Part shown: positions 63,321 through 64,000 of the stretch, in pieces
How the letters are laid out: each line of letters starts with the position of its first letter
Position numbering within the stretch: position 1 is the first letter of the stretch
Assembly: GCA_040954595.2 (NCBI GenBank)
Contig: JBECUI020000024.1
Coordinates: forward strand, 496,001-560,000
Source: Balanoglossus misakiensis
Taxonomy: Eukaryota; Animalia; Hemichordata
DNA length: 64,000 nt
Reading direction: 5' to 3'
Translations under genes and position numbers: made by a program
The notes under the pieces: generated by a model
The model's database searches: none
Told to the model about the DNA's origin: nothing
The model's input: the letters and a program-made list of their open reading frames with translations, nothing else

Positions 63321-64000
63321 TTAATTTATATACTTATCAAATTGTAAGCTAACCAATATGGTTAGAAGTCTGATTTGCTAGGACGTGAACCAATATGATC
63401 TATCAAAATTTTCTGGTAAAAGTTTGAGTAACTATAACGTGTGCTTTCACCTTTTTTCATCATGTTGCTTGGGCCCTGACAATGCTGCTTTATAGCTACT
63501 ACAGGATTAGATTACTTCCATTTGGCAGTAGCATATAAGTGTAATGGTGTAGAAAGTTTATCCTGTTTACTGAAAGAGGAATTGCAAGAGAAACCATGTG
63601 TTATAAAAAAAACTAGAAGATATTAAATAGCCTTAGTAAACATTTCCCAGAAACATTTCAATGAACAGTTACCATAATGTACTTTACATTAGAGTCAGAG
63701 GTGACTAAAAGGCTAATATTGTCATTTGTGAAATGTACACAATTGTATTTATATTGTCGGTGAACTGTTTAGCTGTGTTGTCAGTTATGTTGAGCTTATT
63801 AGATTGGGTGATTGTCTTATTGGGTGAGTGGTGTCACTGTCTGTCACTTTTCTTTACTGAAACCAAGGGGCCAATTACTTTGAAATTTAGTATGCAGGTT
63901 CCTAGGGTGAAGTTGGTAGAGTTTATGTAAATTGTGGTGAAATGTGTAATTTTTGATCAATTTTAGTTGTGTTTAGTTAAATTCTTTGTACAATTACTTT

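Overview
AT-rich eukaryotic genomic DNA with GT-AG introns, microsatellites, LINE and LTR retroelements. The repeat vocabulary (frequent TACATGTA, GGTCAAAGGTCA and CAATATGGCCGCC repeats, HINE-like elements) suggests a marine invertebrate, possibly a deuterostome such as a hemichordate; this is an inference. The main host-gene content is the last three coding exons of an EGF-TM-NPxY membrane protein (3089-4198) and an orphan pentraxin-like exon (about 28.9 kb). The window is dominated by a giant diverged palindrome: arms of about 10 and 11 kb (14170-24221 and 30514-41668) around a 6.3-kb spacer, with further inverted repeats nested inside each arm. Comparing the arms gives filled and empty sites for four DNA-transposon insertions. 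Each arm appears to carry an outward-pointing spliced non-coding unit: an NRF1/YY1 promoter, a first exon, and a highly conserved terminal exon with two similar hairpins. To the right lie a very young Mag-type Gypsy element with identical 204-bp LTRs, a decayed zinc-finger/TatD-like ORF, and an inverted duplication of a spliced gene with two OB-fold-like domains. Beyond these are a 309-bp satellite interrupted by a CR1/L2 LINE and two tRNA-Gln-like cloverleaves with an enlarged anticodon arm. An 86-bp satellite with a 16-mer higher-order duplication abuts the left palindrome arm. All identities are by-eye estimates and no database searches were run.
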